A DNA stretch of 64,000 bases from an uncultured Nitrospiraceae bacterium (GTDB lineage Bacteria; Nitrospirota; Nitrospiria; Nitrospirales; Nitrospiraceae): positions 512,001 to 576,000 of the forward strand of contig CAVPLT010000007.1 of the NCBI GenBank assembly GCA_963706325.1. The letters run 5' to 3'. Made by a program: the position numbers and the translations under genes. Positions 62,675-64,000 of this stretch are shown here, one piece after another. The notes below the pieces were generated by a model, which saw only the letters and a list, made by a program, of their open reading frames with translations, made no database searches and was not told the DNA's origin. The number at the start of each line of letters is the position of its first letter. Within the stretch, counting starts at the first letter, position 1.

Positions 62675-62808
62675 ATAAGAAATACGGGGAATTGGCTGCA
62701 AGGCATTGCCTTATCCATTAGTAGTGATGTACAAGTGAGCACTCTACCGTATCTTAGCCAGTTAGATTCTTGAGATCTCGGAATCTTCTTCCGCCATCTT
62801 GGTTGTGT

Positions 62809-62886
62809 GGGGCCGTCGTTCAGCCTGGTTAGGACGCCAGATTGTCAATCTGGAGGTCGCGGGTTCAAATCCCGTCGGCCCCGCCA
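62809..62886 (+). tRNA. tRNA-Asp (GTC)
   Basis: Acceptor GGGGCCG/CGGCCCC, anticodon arm CCAGA-TTGTCAA-TCTGG, GGTTCAAATCC, encoded CCA. Confidence 0.97.
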
Positions 62887-62958
62887 TTCCCCCAGCCTTG
62901 GTACATTCCATGCTATCCGTTCTCAGGTCTATGCCTGTGAAGGGAAAGGTCTAGGCGC

Positions 62959-63681
62959 ATGTTCCAATCAGGCGTGTCGGGGTTAGTGCGGATCGTTGGG
63001 GGCCGTGTCGAAAATCGTGCTGCTGCTCCTCTTTGCCGCCTCGATCATTTCGTGGGGCGTGATCTTCTATAAATGGCGCAGTGTTCAAGGCAGCCGATCG
63101 CGAGGATCAACGGTTCTTCAGCGCCTTTACGAAGATCCGCGATCTGGATGAATTGTACCGTCAATCGAAACGCGCCGAAGGCAGTCCGAGCGCGCGGTCT
63201 TTCAGGGCATCATGGATCGTGTCTTGACGGATTCCGGGAGACGGGGCGATGACCTTTCCTCAGCAAGCGGGGGCATCGAAGGATCAGGCGTCGGCCATCG
63301 ATCATCAATATATGGATAAGACCGTCGCCTATCTGGTGCAGAACCAAGGTCGCCAGTTGGAGTCCTATTTGCCCGTGCTCGCGACCACAGGAAATATCAC
63401 TCCGTTTATCGGTTTGCTCGGCACCGTGCTGGGCATTATCGATTCATTCCGCGAAATCGGTTGCAAGGAACGGCCAGTATTGCAGCAGTGGCCCCGGCGT
63501 GTCGGAGGCGTTAGTGGCGACGGCTGCCGGATTGTTTACCGCCATTCCGGCCGTTATCTTTTACAATTATTATCTGACGCGTATTCGTAAGACTGTGTTT
63601 CGGATCGAATCCTTCACGGTCGAGGCGATGCGCTCGTTGCAGACTCGATTCAAGCAGACAGCGGTCGGGGTGCAGGGATGA
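62959..63681 (+). CDS. tolQ: TolQ/ExbB proton channel, broken by about six single-base frameshifts (probable sequence errors)
   Basis: Fragments in alternating frames: SIISWGVIFYKW, LATTGNITPFIGLLGTV, ASIAAVAP and SEALVATAAGLFTAIPAV. Confidence 0.8.
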
Positions 63682-64000
63682 TGTCGGAGACGCGCCATCG
63701 GCGGTTCATGGCGGAGATCAATGTGATCCCGTCTGGTGGACGTCGTATTGGTGCTGTTCGTCATTTTTATGGTGACCGCCCCGATGCTGTATCGCGGGAT
63801 GGACATCAATCTTCCGAAATCCGCCAGCAATACGATCAAGCCGGAAACGAGAGCGGTCTTGTCCATTGAGCGCGATCAGCGATTGTATTTGGATAAGGAT
63901 CCCGTCAGCGTCGTGCAGTTGGAGCGGAAGCTTCGGGCATTGAAAGGATCAGAGCGCCGAGGTGTCGACTCTATCCTGCGCGCGGACCGGGATGTGCCGT
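63678..64000 (+). CDS. tolR: TolR/ExbD, frameshifted and 3'-partial
   Basis: MAEINVIP then, after one extra base at ~63732, LVDVVLVLFVIFMVTAPM..INLPK. Confidence 0.8.

Noticed and set aside
61491..62886. Tyrosine recombinase beside tRNA genes as a phage or island integrase
   Set aside because: The motifs (TRQGFW, GADLRSVQAMLGH) fit housekeeping XerD, the neighbours are core genes, and no duplicated tRNA 3' end (att site) was seen.

Overview
This 64 kb window is GC-rich bacterial chromosome. Gene content and style suggest Nitrospira or a related lineage; this is an inference, not a search result. From left to right it holds: the end of a surface-polysaccharide cluster; two lipoproteins; a DksA/TraR-like gene; ppk1; ilvD; PepSY, Spy-like, MarC and DnaJ genes; and a sugar ABC transporter. 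Next comes a minus-strand DNA-repair block (MBL exonuclease, ATP-dependent ligase, Lhr-core helicase, PdeM, then AdaA-AlkA, ogt and a VOC protein). After that are ttuB-ttuA, GH57-galT, amgK-murU, an orphan sigma54 response regulator, ispB, gltBD, a lower-GC HEPN-like orphan abutting a DUF5069 gene, several exported proteins, trpS, an LpoA-like gene, xerD, tRNA-Val, tRNA-Asp and tolQ-tolR. Four intergenic spacers carry copies of a ~122-181 bp structured MITE-like repeat whose terminal stems co-vary between copies and often supply or abut stop codons. Several conserved genes carry single-base frameshifts, very dense near the right end, which most likely reflect unpolished long-read errors. The best candidates for something new are the repeat family, the ligase/Lhr operon linked to the Ada alkylation response, and the HEPN-like orphan. 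No CRISPR array, prophage or intact transposase was seen.
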